Positions 43,616-53,577 are shown, counted from the stretch's first letter. The stretch: 64,000 nt of DNA from Alphaproteobacteria bacterium (GCA_963667785.2 CAXXMU010000005.1:192001-256000), one strand, 5' to 3'. Notes: generated by a model not told the origin, from the letters alone. Translations and numbers: made by a program.

Positions 43616-44605
43616 ATGAAAGCGGTGCTCTGCAGGGCCTTCGGCCCGCCGGAAACCCTTGCGGTCGAGACCGTGGATCCGCCTGCGCCCGGCCCCGGCG
43701 AGGTGTGCATCGCGGTGGCGGCGGTCGGCGTGAACTTTCCCGACCTCCTGCTGATCGAGGGCAAGTACCAGATCAGGCCGCCGTTCCCCTTCAGCCCCGG
43801 CCTCGAGTGCGCCGGCGTCGTCGCCGAGTGTGGCCCGGGGGTGGATGGGCCCGCGCCCGGCACCCGCGTCATGGCCTTCCTCTCCCACGGCGGCATGGCC
43901 GAGCAGGTGGTGGTGCCGGCGACCTGCGTCTTCCCGATCCCCGATGCCATGCAGTTCGACACCGCCGCCGCCTTCCCCGTGGTCTACGGCACCAGCTACC
44001 ACGCGCTGGCGAGCAGGGGGGCGCTGGCCCGGGGCGAGACGCTGCTGGTGCTCGGCGCCTCCGGCGGCGTCGGGCTCTCTGCGGTGGAGATCGGCAAGCG
44101 CCTCGGGGCAACGGTCATCGCCGCTGCCGGCAGCGACGAGAAGCTCGCGCTCGCCGCCCGGCACGGCGCCGACCATCTCGTCAACTACCGGAGCGGGGAC
44201 CTGCGGGAGCGGGTGAAGGCGCTGACCGACGGGCGCGGCGCCGACGTGATCTACGACCCGGTCGGCGGCGACATCTTCGACGCGTCGATGCGCTGCATCG
44301 CCTGGAACGGCCGGCTGCTGGTGGTCGGCTTCGCCTCCGGCCGCATCGCCGAGGCCAGGACCAACATCATCCTGCTCAAGGAGATCAGCGTCGTTGGCGT
44401 CGCCTGGGGGGCCTTCGCCCACCGGGATTCCGCCGCCAACCGCGCCAATTTCGCGGAGCTCCTGCGCTGGTACGAGGCCGGCGCGCTGCAGCCGCTGATC
44501 TCCCGCCGCCTGCCGCTGGCAGACGCGCCGGCGGCGCTGGAGGCGTTCCAGAGCCGCAGCGTGGTCGGCAAGCAAGTGCTGACGGTGGCGCAGCCCGGCG
44601 GCTGA
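43616..44605 (+). CDS. NADPH:quinone oxidoreductase family protein
   Basis: Motifs GVNFPDLL.IEGKYQ.RPPFPFSPG, LGASGGVG and VGFASG. Confidence 0.92.
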   Translation: MKAVLCRAFGPPETLAVETVDPPAPGPGEVCIAVAAVGVNFPDLLLIEGKYQIRPPFPFSPGLECAGVVAECGPGVDGPAPGTRVMAFLSHGGMAEQVVVPATCVFPIPDAMQFDTAAAFPVVYGTSYHALASRGALARGETLLVLGASGGVGLSAVEIGKRLGATVIAAAGSDEKLALAARHGADHLVNYRSGDLRERVKALTDGRGADVIYDPVGGDIFDASMRCIAWNGRLLVVGFASGRIAEARTNIILLKEISVVGVAWGAFAHRDSAANRANFAELLRWYEAGALQPLISRRLPLADAPAALEAFQSRSVVGKQVLTVAQPGG

Positions 44606-44719
44606 GCGCCTCAGGCCGCGTGCCCGCGCGGCTCCTTTACCGTTGGCACGCGATTTTCTACCTTGGGTCAGCGCCGCGCGCTCGCGGTGCGGCGGGCGAC
44701 AGGACGGCTGAGACGGGAC

Positions 44720-45790
44720 GTGGCAGGGAAGAGGGTCCAAGGCAGCGACGGGCCGCTCGTGGACGATCCCGTCGTCGGCCACCCGGTCCGCGCCGGCGGC
44801 TGGGCGGACCACGCCGCCTCGTCCTACGCGCTCGCGGCGGCGGCCATCGACGAGGAACGCTTCGCCGATGCCGCGGCGCTGGCCCGTCACACGGTCGAGG
44901 AAGCGCGCGAGGGCTACGAGCTCTACGCGCTCTGGGTCGACCAGATCAGGGAGACGCTCGCCGCCGAGGGCGCGGACCAAGCCGGGGTCGCCGCCGGCGA
45001 GGCGCGGCTCGATGCGCTGCTCGCCGGCGAGGACGGCGCTCCCTTCGACATCCACGCGGGCTGGGCCGCCTATGTGGCCGCGATCGACGAGGTCGAGGCA
45101 GCCTGCGACGCCGGCGACGGGCGCGCGGCCCGCGCCGGGCTGGAGCGCGCGCGCCTCCTCTGGCTCGAGACCCACGACCGGGGCTGCGACCGGGTCTACG
45201 GCATGCTCGACCTCGTCGTCCGCCTTCTCGGCGAGCGCCGCATCGGCCCGCTCTGGGACGAGCTCATGGCGCCGATGTACGAGACCTACGACGTCTACGA
45301 CACCGCTACGCATCCCTGGCCGCGCTCGCTGCACCGGCTGATCGTCATCGCCGCGCTCTCGCTACGCGGCCATCTGAGCGGGCCTGGGCGCACGGGCGCG
45401 GTCGAGATCGCGGAGGAGGCCGATCGCTGGGTGCTGAGCTTCGATCCCTGCGGCTCCGGCGGGCGCACCTACCGCGAGGACGACGCGCACACGCCCCGCA
45501 TGCTGCCGCCCTACGGCTTCGCCGTGACCACCGAGGCGCATGACTGGGCCTGGGGCAAGAAGGGTATCTGCGTCTACTGCGTGCACTGCTGCCAGCTCAA
45601 CCAGCGCATGCCGATCCGCCGCTTCGGCTATCCGACGCGGGTGATCGACCCGCCGACCTGGCCGGCGGCGCGGGCGGGCGGCGTCTGCCGCTGGTCGATC
45701 TACAAGGACCCGTCGCTGGTGCCGGAGGAGGCCTATACCAGCGTCGGCCATGCGAAGCCGGCGGCGGCTGGCGCGGGGCTCAGCCCATGA
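44720..45790 (+). CDS. Uncharacterised Cys/His-rich protein (start uncertain; TTG at 44663 also possible)
   Basis: Long ORF with host-like codon bias; motifs THDR, LRGH, FDPCGSGGR, YCVHCC and CRWSIYKDP; ATGA overlap with the next gene. Confidence 0.8.
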   Translation: MAGKRVQGSDGPLVDDPVVGHPVRAGGWADHAASSYALAAAAIDEERFADAAALARHTVEEAREGYELYALWVDQIRETLAAEGADQAGVAAGEARLDALLAGEDGAPFDIHAGWAAYVAAIDEVEAACDAGDGRAARAGLERARLLWLETHDRGCDRVYGMLDLVVRLLGERRIGPLWDELMAPMYETYDVYDTATHPWPRSLHRLIVIAALSLRGHLSGPGRTGAVEIAEEADRWVLSFDPCGSGGRTYREDDAHTPRMLPPYGFAVTTEAHDWAWGKKGICVYCVHCCQLNQRMPIRRFGYPTRVIDPPTWPAARAGGVCRWSIYKDPSLVPEEAYTSVGHAKPAAAGAGLSP

Positions 45791-47145
45791 GCGGCGCCGG
45801 CGCGGACGGGCTCGCGGCGGTGCGCGAGCGGATGCGGGCGGACGGCGTGCGCTTCGTGCAGGTCGAGGTGCCCGAGCTCGACGGCGGGCTGCGCGGCAAG
45901 CTGCTCGCGCTCGACAAGGGCCTTTCCGGCGAGGTCGGCTGGTCCAACATCCTCTACGGGCTGACCACAGCGGACGATGTCTATCTCTCGCCCTTCTCGT
46001 CCTACGAGAACGGGTTTGCGGACATCTACGGCCGCCCCGACCCGGATACGGTGCGCCGCCTGCCGTGGCGCAGGGATACCGCCGCGGCGATCCTCGACAT
46101 GCACGACGCCGACGGCACCATGACGCCCGAATGCCCACGCACGGCGCTCAGGCGCGCCGCCGAGAAGGCGGCGGTCATGGGCTTCGAGCCGCGCTTCGCG
46201 CTCGAGTACGAGTGCTTCCTCTACCATGCGGACGAGGATGCCGGCGCGCCCTCGCCGGCCGCGCTCACGCCGGTCTCGCGCGGGCGCAACGCCTACAGCC
46301 TGGTCCGCCTGCCGGCGCTCCGCGCGGTCTTCGAAACGCTGATGCAGCGCATGGAGGATGCGGGCGCGCCGCTGGTCTCCGCCCATACCGAGCTCGGCCA
46401 CGGCGCCATCGAGTTCGCGCTGGCGCATGCGCCCGCGCTCGCCGCCGCCGACGGTGCCATGCGCGCCAAGACCTACCTGAAGGAGCTCTGCGCCGAGCGC
46501 GGCATGATCGCGACCTTCATGGCGAAGCTCGACGCCGCCCAGCCCGGCTCCGGGGCGCATGTGCACCAGAGCCTGTGGCGGGACGGCGAGAACGTCTTCT
46601 GGGACGGTGCCGGCGTGAGCGAGACGGCCAGGCAGTACGCCGCAGGCCAGCTCGAGCATCTGCCGTCGTTGGCGGCGCTCTGCATGCCCACCGTCAACGC
46701 CTACCGGCGGCGCGGCTGGGAGCACTGGGTGCCCGAGAACGCCTCCTGGGGCGAGGACAACCGCAGCGCGGCGCTCAGGCTCATCACCCGGCCGCGACCG
46801 GGGGGCGTGCGCTTCGAGAACCGGCTGCCGGGCGCCGATTCCAACGCCTATCTCACCATCGCCGGCATGCTGGCCGCCGGCCTCGACGGCATCGAGCGCC
46901 GCCTCGCGCCGCCGCCGCTCAGCACCGGCAACGCGGCGCTCGACGAGCGGTACACGCGGCTGCCCGCCTCGCTGGAAGAGGCGGTCGAGGTCTTCCAGGC
47001 CTCCGCCTTCCTGCGCGGCATCTTCGGCGATCGCTTCGTCGATCACTATGCGCTGTCGCGCCGGGCGGAGCTCGACCTCTGGCAGGGCTGGCTGCGCAGC
47101 CATGTCAGCGCCTGGGAGTACGAGCGCTATTTCGAGACCATCTGA
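45787..47145 (+). CDS. Glutamine synthetase-like gamma-glutamyl-amine ligase (PuuA/GmaS-like)
   Basis: Motifs LEYECFL, HTELG.G.IEF, GSGAHVHQSL, NAYRR, WGEDNR and ENRLPGADSNAYL; WVP replaces the GS YEAP flap. Confidence 0.9.
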   Translation: MSGAGADGLAAVRERMRADGVRFVQVEVPELDGGLRGKLLALDKGLSGEVGWSNILYGLTTADDVYLSPFSSYENGFADIYGRPDPDTVRRLPWRRDTAAAILDMHDADGTMTPECPRTALRRAAEKAAVMGFEPRFALEYECFLYHADEDAGAPSPAALTPVSRGRNAYSLVRLPALRAVFETLMQRMEDAGAPLVSAHTELGHGAIEFALAHAPALAAADGAMRAKTYLKELCAERGMIATFMAKLDAAQPGSGAHVHQSLWRDGENVFWDGAGVSETARQYAAGQLEHLPSLAALCMPTVNAYRRRGWEHWVPENASWGEDNRSAALRLITRPRPGGVRFENRLPGADSNAYLTIAGMLAAGLDGIERRLAPPPLSTGNAALDERYTRLPASLEEAVEVFQASAFLRGIFGDRFVDHYALSRRAELDLWQGWLRSHVSAWEYERYFETI

Positions 47146-47164
47146 GCGGCGGGGCGGCGTGCGG

Positions 47165-47193
47165 CTTTGCTCGCGCGAGCTCTGCCCCCATAT
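47165..47193 (+). promoter_or_regulatory. Putative RpoH promoter (CTTTGC...CCCCATAT) for the DUF465 gene
   Basis: Perfect CCCCATAT -10 at 47186-47193 with a TTG-containing -35 at suitable spacing. Confidence 0.5.
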
Positions 47194-47253
47194 TGGCTGG
47201 AATTGGAGGCGTGGCAGCCGCCGCGCCGGCTCCTGCATGACAAAGGAGGACGA

Positions 47254-47442
47254 ATGACGGACCAGGACACGATCGCGCAGCGTCTGGAGGCGCTGCGCAG
47301 CGAACATCAGACTCTCGACGCGGAAATCGCCGCGCTCGCGGGCCGCGGCGACAATCTCGAGATACAGGGGCTCAAGCGCCAGAAGCTCCGCCTCAAGGAC
47401 GAGATCGCGCGGCTGGAGAGCGAGAGCGCGGCCGCCGGCTAG
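47254..47442 (+). CDS. DUF465/YdcH-family small coiled-coil protein
   Basis: Pattern RL..LR.EH..LD.EI...LKRQKLRLKDEI; AGGAGG RBS. Confidence 0.85.
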   Translation: MTDQDTIAQRLEALRSEHQTLDAEIAALAGRGDNLEIQGLKRQKLRLKDEIARLESESAAAG

Positions 47443-47529
47443 CAGGGGTTTCTCGGCGGACGCATCGGGCGGGCGGCGATAGCTGGAAAGAGCGAAGTCG
47501 GATCGCTCAGGCGCAACTCATTATTATCT

Positions 47530-47557
47530 CACAATAAATCGGCGGTGCTCGCCGATT
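47530..47557 (-). terminator. Rho-independent terminator for the minus-strand methyltransferase gene
   Basis: AATCGGCG-loop5-CGCCGATT stem followed on the minus strand by TATTGT. Confidence 0.5.
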
Positions 47558-47580
47558 CAGCCGCCGCGCGTGGCCAAGCT

Positions 47581-48441
47581 TCAGCCCGTCGGCTTCACCC
47601 CCGTTCCGATCCGCACGTGGACGGCGAGCGGGATCTCGTCGCCGTCGCGCAGGCGCTCGAAGCCCGCCGCCACCGCCGCCTCCAGGGCACGGCGCTCGTG
47701 CTCCGTGGCGCCGTCGAGCGCGCGGCCGAAGGTCATCTCGAACTGGGCTTGCCAGAAGGGCGCTGCGGCCGGCACCCGGGGGGCGAAGCGCACCTCGCTC
47801 TCTTCCACCTGCGCGAGCCCGCCGCCGGCCAGCGCGGCGCCGAGCGCGCCGGGCGCACCGAGCGAGAAGGGGCGCGCGAGGTCGATCGCCTCCACGCCAT
47901 CGAGGGGGCCGAACACCGCCTCCGCGGCGGCGACGAAGACGGTGAACATGGTCGTCTCGTCGCGCGGACCCCAGACGAGATAGGCCGCCCGCCCGCAGGG
48001 CTTCAGCACGCGCGCGGCCTCGGCGCAGGCGCGGGCCGGTGCCGGGCAGAACATCAGGCCGAAGCGGCAGATCACCCGGTCGAACGCGGCGTCCGCATCG
48101 GGGAGCGCCAGCATGTCGGCGGTCCGGAAGGTGATGTTGCTGAGGCCCCGGGCGGCGGCGCGCCGGCGGGCGCCCAGCATCATCTCCGGGCAGAGATCAG
48201 TGGCGAAGACGCGACCCTCCGCTCCCACCAGCTCGGCGACGGTGAGCGCCGGCTCGCCGGCGCCGGTGGCGATGTCGCAGACCCGCTGGCCCGGCCCGAT
48301 CGCCGCCGCCTCGATGAGCGGCGCGTTCATGCGCGCCGCCTGCTCGGCGAGCTCGTCCGACCGCCGGTCCCAGTGGCGGCCGCGCGCGGCCCAGTCCGCC
48401 CGCACGAGCTCGGTCTCCTGCCTGATGCTGTCAGCGTCCAT
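47581..48441 (-). CDS. Class I SAM-dependent methyltransferase
   Basis: Motifs VCDIATGAGEP, FD.VICRFGLMF and RVLKP.GR. Confidence 0.88.
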   Translation of the reverse strand: MDADSIRQETELVRADWAARGRHWDRRSDELAEQAARMNAPLIEAAAIGPGQRVCDIATGAGEPALTVAELVGAEGRVFATDLCPEMMLGARRRAAARGLSNITFRTADMLALPDADAAFDRVICRFGLMFCPAPARACAEAARVLKPCGRAAYLVWGPRDETTMFTVFVAAAEAVFGPLDGVEAIDLARPFSLGAPGALGAALAGGGLAQVEESEVRFAPRVPAAAPFWQAQFEMTFGRALDGATEHERRALEAAVAAGFERLRDGDEIPLAVHVRIGTGVKPTG

Positions 48442-48493
48442 GGCCGCGCACTCTCCCACCCGCGGCGCGCCTGTCAAGGCCGCCCCGTCTCCG

Positions 48494-50032
48494 TCAGAGA
48501 AACTGTACGGCGAGAAGGGCCGCGAGCAGGCCGGCGATGAGCGCCAGCAGGGCCGGCAGCGCGCCGCCGCCCCGCCGGCGGCCGGCCATCGCCTCCAGGG
48601 TTGAGGGAGAAAGGGCGACCCCCTCCTCCAGCCCGTCCAGCACCCGCTCGGCGCGGGCGGCCAGCCGCGGCAGGCGGCCGGCGGCCTCGAAGAACTCGGT
48701 CGCCGCATCCCTGAGCCGCGCCTCCACGCCGAGGTTCTCCCGCGCCCAGCGCTCGATCAGCGGCTGGGTGAAGACCCACATGTTCTGGTCGGGCGTGAGA
48801 CGCCGGGTCAGCCCCTCGGCCATGAGCATGGTCTTCTGCAGCAGCAGCAATTGCGGCTGGGTCTCCATCTCGAAGGCCTCGGTGATCTGGAAGAGCTGGC
48901 CGAGAAGCTGGGCGATCGATATCTCGTTGAGCGGACGGCCCAGGATCGGCTCGCCGATGGAGCGGAGCGCCTGGACGAACGCCGCCTTCGAGGTCCGCCG
49001 GGGCACGTAGCCGGCCTCGAGATGGACCTCGGCCACCCGCTCGTAGTCGCCGATCAGGAAGCCCAGAAGCATCTCGGCGAGATAGCGCCGGGTCTGGGTG
49101 TCGAGCCGGCCCATGATCCCGAAGTCGACGGCGACGACGTTGCCGTCAGCGTCCACCAGCAGGTTGCCGGGATGCAGGTCGGCGTGGAAGAAGCCGTCGC
49201 GGAAGACCTGGTTGAAGAATGCCTCGGCCGCCTTGCCCAGCACCGCGTGGGGGTCGTGGCCCGCGGCCACCAGGGCCTCGCGCTCGTCGATGGGGATGCC
49301 CTCGACCCGCTCCAGCGTGAGCACGCGGCGGCTGGTGCGCCGCCAGTCGACCGCCGGCACCAGGAAGCCCGGATCCTCGGCGAAGTTCTGCCGCAGCTCC
49401 GAGGCCGCGGCCGCCTCGAAGCGGAGGTCCATCTCGACCATCACGCTCTGGGCAAAGGTGCGGATCACCTCCACCGGGCGCAGTCGGCGCCAGGAAGGGA
49501 GCGTCCGCTCCGCCAGCTCCGCCAGCCAGTAGAAGAGCTCGAGATCGCGCTCGAGTGCGCGCTCGACTCCGGGCCTGAGGATCTTGACCGCGACCGGCTC
49601 GCCCGCAGCCGTGACGGCAAAGTGCACCTGGGCGATGGATGCGGCGGCGACCGGCTCGTCGGTGAACTCGCGGAAGAGAGTCTCCAGGGGCACGCCGAAC
49701 TCGGCTTCGACGATGGCCCGCGCAGCTCTCCCCTCGAAGGGCGGCAGGCGGTCCTGCAGGGCGGACAGCGCGGCCGCGATCTCCTCGCCCACCAGGTCCG
49801 GCCGGGTGGACAGCGCCTGGCCGAACTTGATGAAGCTCGGCCCCAGCACCTGCAGCGCACCGGCGAGCCGCTGCCCCGGCGAGCCCAGCCTCCGCTTGCG
49901 CGGCGCCATGCCGGCGAGAAAGGTGACCGGCGGCACGAGGCCGTAGTCCCGCAGCAGGAAGAGCGCGTCCCAGCGCCCCAGAGTCCAGGCGATGCGCAGC
50001 AGCCGCCCGATGTTTCTGAGCGCCCGGCGCAT
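48494..50032 (-). CDS. ubiB: Ubiquinone biosynthesis kinase-like protein UbiB
   Basis: Motifs LGPSFIKFGQ.LSTRPD, AAASIAQVH, FFHADLHPGN and DFGIMG. Confidence 0.95.
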   Translation of the reverse strand: MRRALRNIGRLLRIAWTLGRWDALFLLRDYGLVPPVTFLAGMAPRKRRLGSPGQRLAGALQVLGPSFIKFGQALSTRPDLVGEEIAAALSALQDRLPPFEGRAARAIVEAEFGVPLETLFREFTDEPVAAASIAQVHFAVTAAGEPVAVKILRPGVERALERDLELFYWLAELAERTLPSWRRLRPVEVIRTFAQSVMVEMDLRFEAAAASELRQNFAEDPGFLVPAVDWRRTSRRVLTLERVEGIPIDEREALVAAGHDPHAVLGKAAEAFFNQVFRDGFFHADLHPGNLLVDADGNVVAVDFGIMGRLDTQTRRYLAEMLLGFLIGDYERVAEVHLEAGYVPRRTSKAAFVQALRSIGEPILGRPLNEISIAQLLGQLFQITEAFEMETQPQLLLLQKTMLMAEGLTRRLTPDQNMWVFTQPLIERWARENLGVEARLRDAATEFFEAAGRLPRLAARAERVLDGLEEGVALSPSTLEAMAGRRRGGGALPALLALIAGLLAALLAVQFL

Positions 50033-50042
50033 GGCGGAGGTG

Positions 50043-50813
50043 CTAGACGCGCCAGCCCGAGTGGAGCGTGGCGATGCCGGCGGAAAGCGGCCGCACCCGC
50101 ACCCCGCCGAAGCCGGCGTCCTCCATCATGGCCGAGACCCGCTCGGGCGCAGGGAAGCGCCGGATGCTCTCCACGAGGTAGGCGTAGGCGTCGCGCTGGC
50201 CGGTCACCGCCGCGCCGAGCCACGGGATGACGGCGAAGGAGTAGGCCTCGTAGAGGCGCTCGAGGCCGGGCGGCGGGCGCGACGAGAACTCGAGGCAGAG
50301 AAAGCGCCCGCCGGGCCTGAGCACGCGCGCGGCCTCCGCCAGCGCCCGCTCGATGCGGGTCATGTTGCGGATGCCGAAGGCGATCGTGTAGGCGTCGACC
50401 GCGCGCGCCGGCAGCGGCAGCGCCTCGGCGTCGCCCACCAGCCAGTCGATGCCGCTGACGAGGCCGGCGTTCCAGGCGCGCTCGCGGCCCGCCTCCACCA
50501 TGCCTGCGCTTGCATCGCAGACGATTACCCGGCCCCGGCCCTCCATCGCCGCCAGCACCCTCTGCGCGACGTCGCCGGTGCCGCCGGCGACATCGAGCAC
50601 GTCCATGCCGGGGCGGGGGCTAAGCCAGGCCACCATCTCCCGCTTCCAGAGACGGTGGACGCCGCCGCTCATCAGGTCGTTCATGAGGTCGTAGCGGCCC
50701 GAGACGCGGTCGAAGAGGTCGCGGACCAGCCCCGGCTTCTCGTCCTCGCCGACGCGGCGGAAGCCGAAGTCGGTGCCGTCCGTGGCGTCGTGCTCACCGC
50801 GCGCGGAGGCCAT
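50043..50813 (-). CDS. ubiE: Ubiquinone/menaquinone C-methyltransferase UbiE
   Basis: Motifs [31 protein letters not shown] and [10 protein letters not shown]. Confidence 0.95.
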   Translation of the reverse strand: MASARGEHDATDGTDFGFRRVGEDEKPGLVRDLFDRVSGRYDLMNDLMSGGVHRLWKREMVAWLSPRPGMDVLDVAGGTGDVAQRVLAAMEGRGRVIVCDASAGMVEAGRERAWNAGLVSGIDWLVGDAEALPLPARAVDAYTIAFGIRNMTRIERALAEAARVLRPGGRFLCLEFSSRPPPGLERLYEAYSFAVIPWLGAAVTGQRDAYAYLVESIRRFPAPERVSAMMEDAGFGGVRVRPLSAGIATLHSGWRV

Positions 50814-50862
50814 GCAGGCGACCATAGCCCAGCGGCAGAAGGCGCGCTACCGTGGCCACGGC

Positions 50863-51687
50863 ATGCCGGAATTGCCCGAGGTCGAAACCGTGCGCCGCGG
50901 GCTCGCCGCCCGGCTCACGGGCAGGCGCATCGCCGGCGTGACGGTCCGCCGCGCCGATCTCAGGCGTCCGCTGCCGCCCGATCTGGCAGACGCGCTCTCG
51001 GGCCGGGCGATCCGGGGCTTCGGGCGGCGCGGCAAGTACCTGCTGGTGCATCTCGACGCGGACGCCACGCTCCTCGTCCATCTCGGCATGTCGGGCCGGC
51101 TCGCGATCGCGGACGCGCCGAGCGGGAGCGCGCACGAGCACGTGGTCTTTCGCTTCGACGACGGCACGGTGTTGAGCTACGTCGACCACCGCCGCTTCGG
51201 CCTGATGGATCTAGTCCGCACCGCGCACATCGAGGAGCATGCGCTGCTGCGCCACATGGGGCCGGAGCCGCTCGCGGCCGCCTTCGACGGGCCGGCGCTC
51301 GCCCGGCGGCTCGCCGGCAAAGACACGCCGATCAAGGCGGCGCTCCTCGACCAGCGTGTGGTCGCCGGCCTCGGCAACATCTACGTGTGCGAGGCGCTCT
51401 TCCACGCGGGCCTCAGCCCCAGGCGCCGGGCCGGCTCGGTGCAGCGCGTGCGTGCGGCCCGCCTCGCCCGGGCGATCCAAGAGGTGCTCGAGGCGGCCGT
51501 CGCCGCCGGCGGCTCGTCGCTCCGGGACTACGTGCAGGCGTCGGGCGAGCTCGGCTACTTTCAGCACCGCTTCGCGGTCTACGACCGGGCGGGACTGCCG
51601 TGCCCCGGCTGCGACTGCGCCGTCGGCGTGCGGCGCATCGTGCAGGGCGGCCGCTCGACATTCTATTGCGCAAGGCGGCAGCGGTGA
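50863..51687 (+). CDS. mutM: Formamidopyrimidine-DNA glycosylase
   Basis: MPELPEVE start, HLGMSG, GLGNIY and C-terminal zinc finger. Confidence 0.97.
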   Translation: MPELPEVETVRRGLAARLTGRRIAGVTVRRADLRRPLPPDLADALSGRAIRGFGRRGKYLLVHLDADATLLVHLGMSGRLAIADAPSGSAHEHVVFRFDDGTVLSYVDHRRFGLMDLVRTAHIEEHALLRHMGPEPLAAAFDGPALARRLAGKDTPIKAALLDQRVVAGLGNIYVCEALFHAGLSPRRRAGSVQRVRAARLARAIQEVLEAAVAAGGSSLRDYVQASGELGYFQHRFAVYDRAGLPCPGCDCAVGVRRIVQGGRSTFYCARRQR

Positions 51688-51779
51688 GTTATCAGGCGTG
51701 CCGGACGCCCGTTGCGGCGCCCGGCCGGTAGCGCCTGCCCGTCGAGAATGCAGGCCCCGGCCGTTTGAGGGAGAACGCA

Positions 51780-52553
51780 ATGGCCTATGAAACAATTGCC
51801 GTCGACCGGCGCGGCCGGGTCGGCCTGATCACGCTGAACCGGCCCAAGGCGCTGAACGCGCTGAACGGCGCGCTGATCACCGAGCTCAACGACGTCCTCG
51901 ACAGCTTCGAGACCGAGGAGGGGATCGGCGCCATCGTCATCACCGGGAACGAGAAGGCCTTCGCCGCCGGTGCCGACATCACCGAGATGCGCCGGCTGAG
52001 CTACGTCGATGCCCACGGCAGCGACTTCATCGCCAGGTGGCACCGCATCACCGCCTTCCGCAAGCCGATCGTCGCTGCGGTGGCGGGCTATGCGCTGGGC
52101 GGCGGCTGCGAGCTCGCCATGATGTGCGACATCGTCATCGCCGCCGACAATGCGAAGTTCGGCCAGCCCGAGATCAAGCTCGGCACGATCCCCGGCGCCG
52201 GCGGCACCCAGCGGCTCACCCGCGCCGTCGGCAAGTCAAAGGCGATGGAGATGATCCTGACCGGGCGCATGATGGGTGCCGAGGAGGCCGCGCAGAGCGG
52301 GCTCGCCAGCCGCGTCGTGCCGGTCAGCGACGTGGTGGACGAGGCGGTCGCCGTCGCCGAGCAGATCGCGCATTTCTCGGCGCCCACCGTTGCGCTGGCC
52401 AAGGAGAGCGTCAACCGCGCCTTCGAGACCACGCTCACGGAGGGTGTGCTGTTCGAGCGCGCGGTCTTCTACGCCTCCTTCGCGACCGAGGATCAGAAGG
52501 AGGGGATGGACGCCTTCATCGAGAAGCGCGAGCCGTCGTTCACCAACCGCTAG
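51780..52553 (+). CDS. Enoyl-CoA hydratase
   Basis: Motifs [26 protein letters not shown] and PGAGGTQRL. Confidence 0.95.
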   Translation: MAYETIAVDRRGRVGLITLNRPKALNALNGALITELNDVLDSFETEEGIGAIVITGNEKAFAAGADITEMRRLSYVDAHGSDFIARWHRITAFRKPIVAAVAGYALGGGCELAMMCDIVIAADNAKFGQPEIKLGTIPGAGGTQRLTRAVGKSKAMEMILTGRMMGAEEAAQSGLASRVVPVSDVVDEAVAVAEQIAHFSAPTVALAKESVNRAFETTLTEGVLFERAVFYASFATEDQKEGMDAFIEKREPSFTNR

Positions 52554-52597
52554 CGGGCGCGGGGGCGCCCCGCGGCCTGTCATCGCCGCCGGCGCCG

Positions 52598-52625
52598 TTG
52601 ACGCCCGATCAAGGCGTGGTATAAG
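52598..52625 (+). promoter_or_regulatory. Putative sigma70 promoter for rpsT (TTGACG-16-TATAAG)
   Basis: Near-consensus hexamers 30 nt upstream of the ATG. Confidence 0.65.
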
Positions 52626-52655
52626 GCCGCGCCACCACGGGAGAGGCCTCCGCCC

Positions 52656-52925
52656 ATGGCCCATTCACGCCAAGCCCGCAAGCGGGTCCGGCAGAACAAG
52701 CGCCGCGTCGCGGTCAACCGCGACCGGCTCTCGCGCATCCGCAGCTTCATCCGCCGGGTGGAGGAGGCAATCGCCAGCGGCGACAAGGGCCGGGCCGAGC
52801 AGGCGCTGCGCGAGGCGCAGCCCGAGATCATGCGGGGCGTCACCAAGACGGTGCTGCACCGCCGCACCGCCGCGCGCCGGGTCTCCGGTCTCGCGCGCCG
52901 GGTGGGCGCGCTCCCCGACGCCTAG
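52656..52925 (+). CDS. rpsT: 30S ribosomal protein S20
   Basis: Pattern MAH...ARKR.RQ..RR..VN..R.S.IR...LH..TAARR.S; conserved position upstream of dnaA. Confidence 0.95.
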   Translation: MAHSRQARKRVRQNKRRVAVNRDRLSRIRSFIRRVEEAIASGDKGRAEQALREAQPEIMRGVTKTVLHRRTAARRVSGLARRVGALPDA

Positions 52926-53577
52926 GGCGCTTCCGTCCCCATAGGGTGGCGCTCCGCCACTCTGTCGCTCTCGGCAACCGGCCGCACAGTGCTTCCGCGC
53001 GCCGTTCGGCGTCCTCTTGCTCTGCGCGCCGTTCGGCGCGACGCGCGGGCGCGGGATGGTGTCCTGCACCGGTCACGATGGGGTGCGTTTCGGCTCGCCG
53101 GGCGGGGGCGTCGCTGCGGCGCAGCCTGTCAATTCGGCTATCCCGGCCGCCGCCATCGGCATGGAGCGGCGGCGTGCTTCCGTTCCCGGCACAGCGCCAA
53201 CGATTTAAGGCATGCCGTTCAACCGGGCAGCCAAGAGCGAGCCTTGGAAACGACGCTCAGATTTTTCGCCGGTTCCGCTTTCGGACCTGTTGTCAGCCGC
53301 GTCTTCGCCCTTTAGCCTAGCCGTCACATATCGCCGGAGGTGTCGCCGGCGGTTTGAAAAGCAAGATATCACTGACGTTCGATACGGCGCGACAAGTACG
53401 GCTTGTCCGCAACAGGGGAGAGTTGCGCCGTCTGTTGAAGTCGCGTCGGTGCATAAGAACAAAAACGGGGATTAGGGGGGTGATATTAGCAACATTTACG
53501 CCGTTGCGGCGCGCGCCGCGCCGTGATGGGAAGCGGCCCGTGAGCGCCCGCTCCGGTGCCGAACAGCATTTCCGCCG

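Noticed and set aside
44644-44658. Sigma54-like promoter TGGCACG-CGAT-TTTC upstream of the unknown protein/GS-like operon
   Set aside because: The -24 element is perfect but the essential -12 GC is TC; not supportable without data
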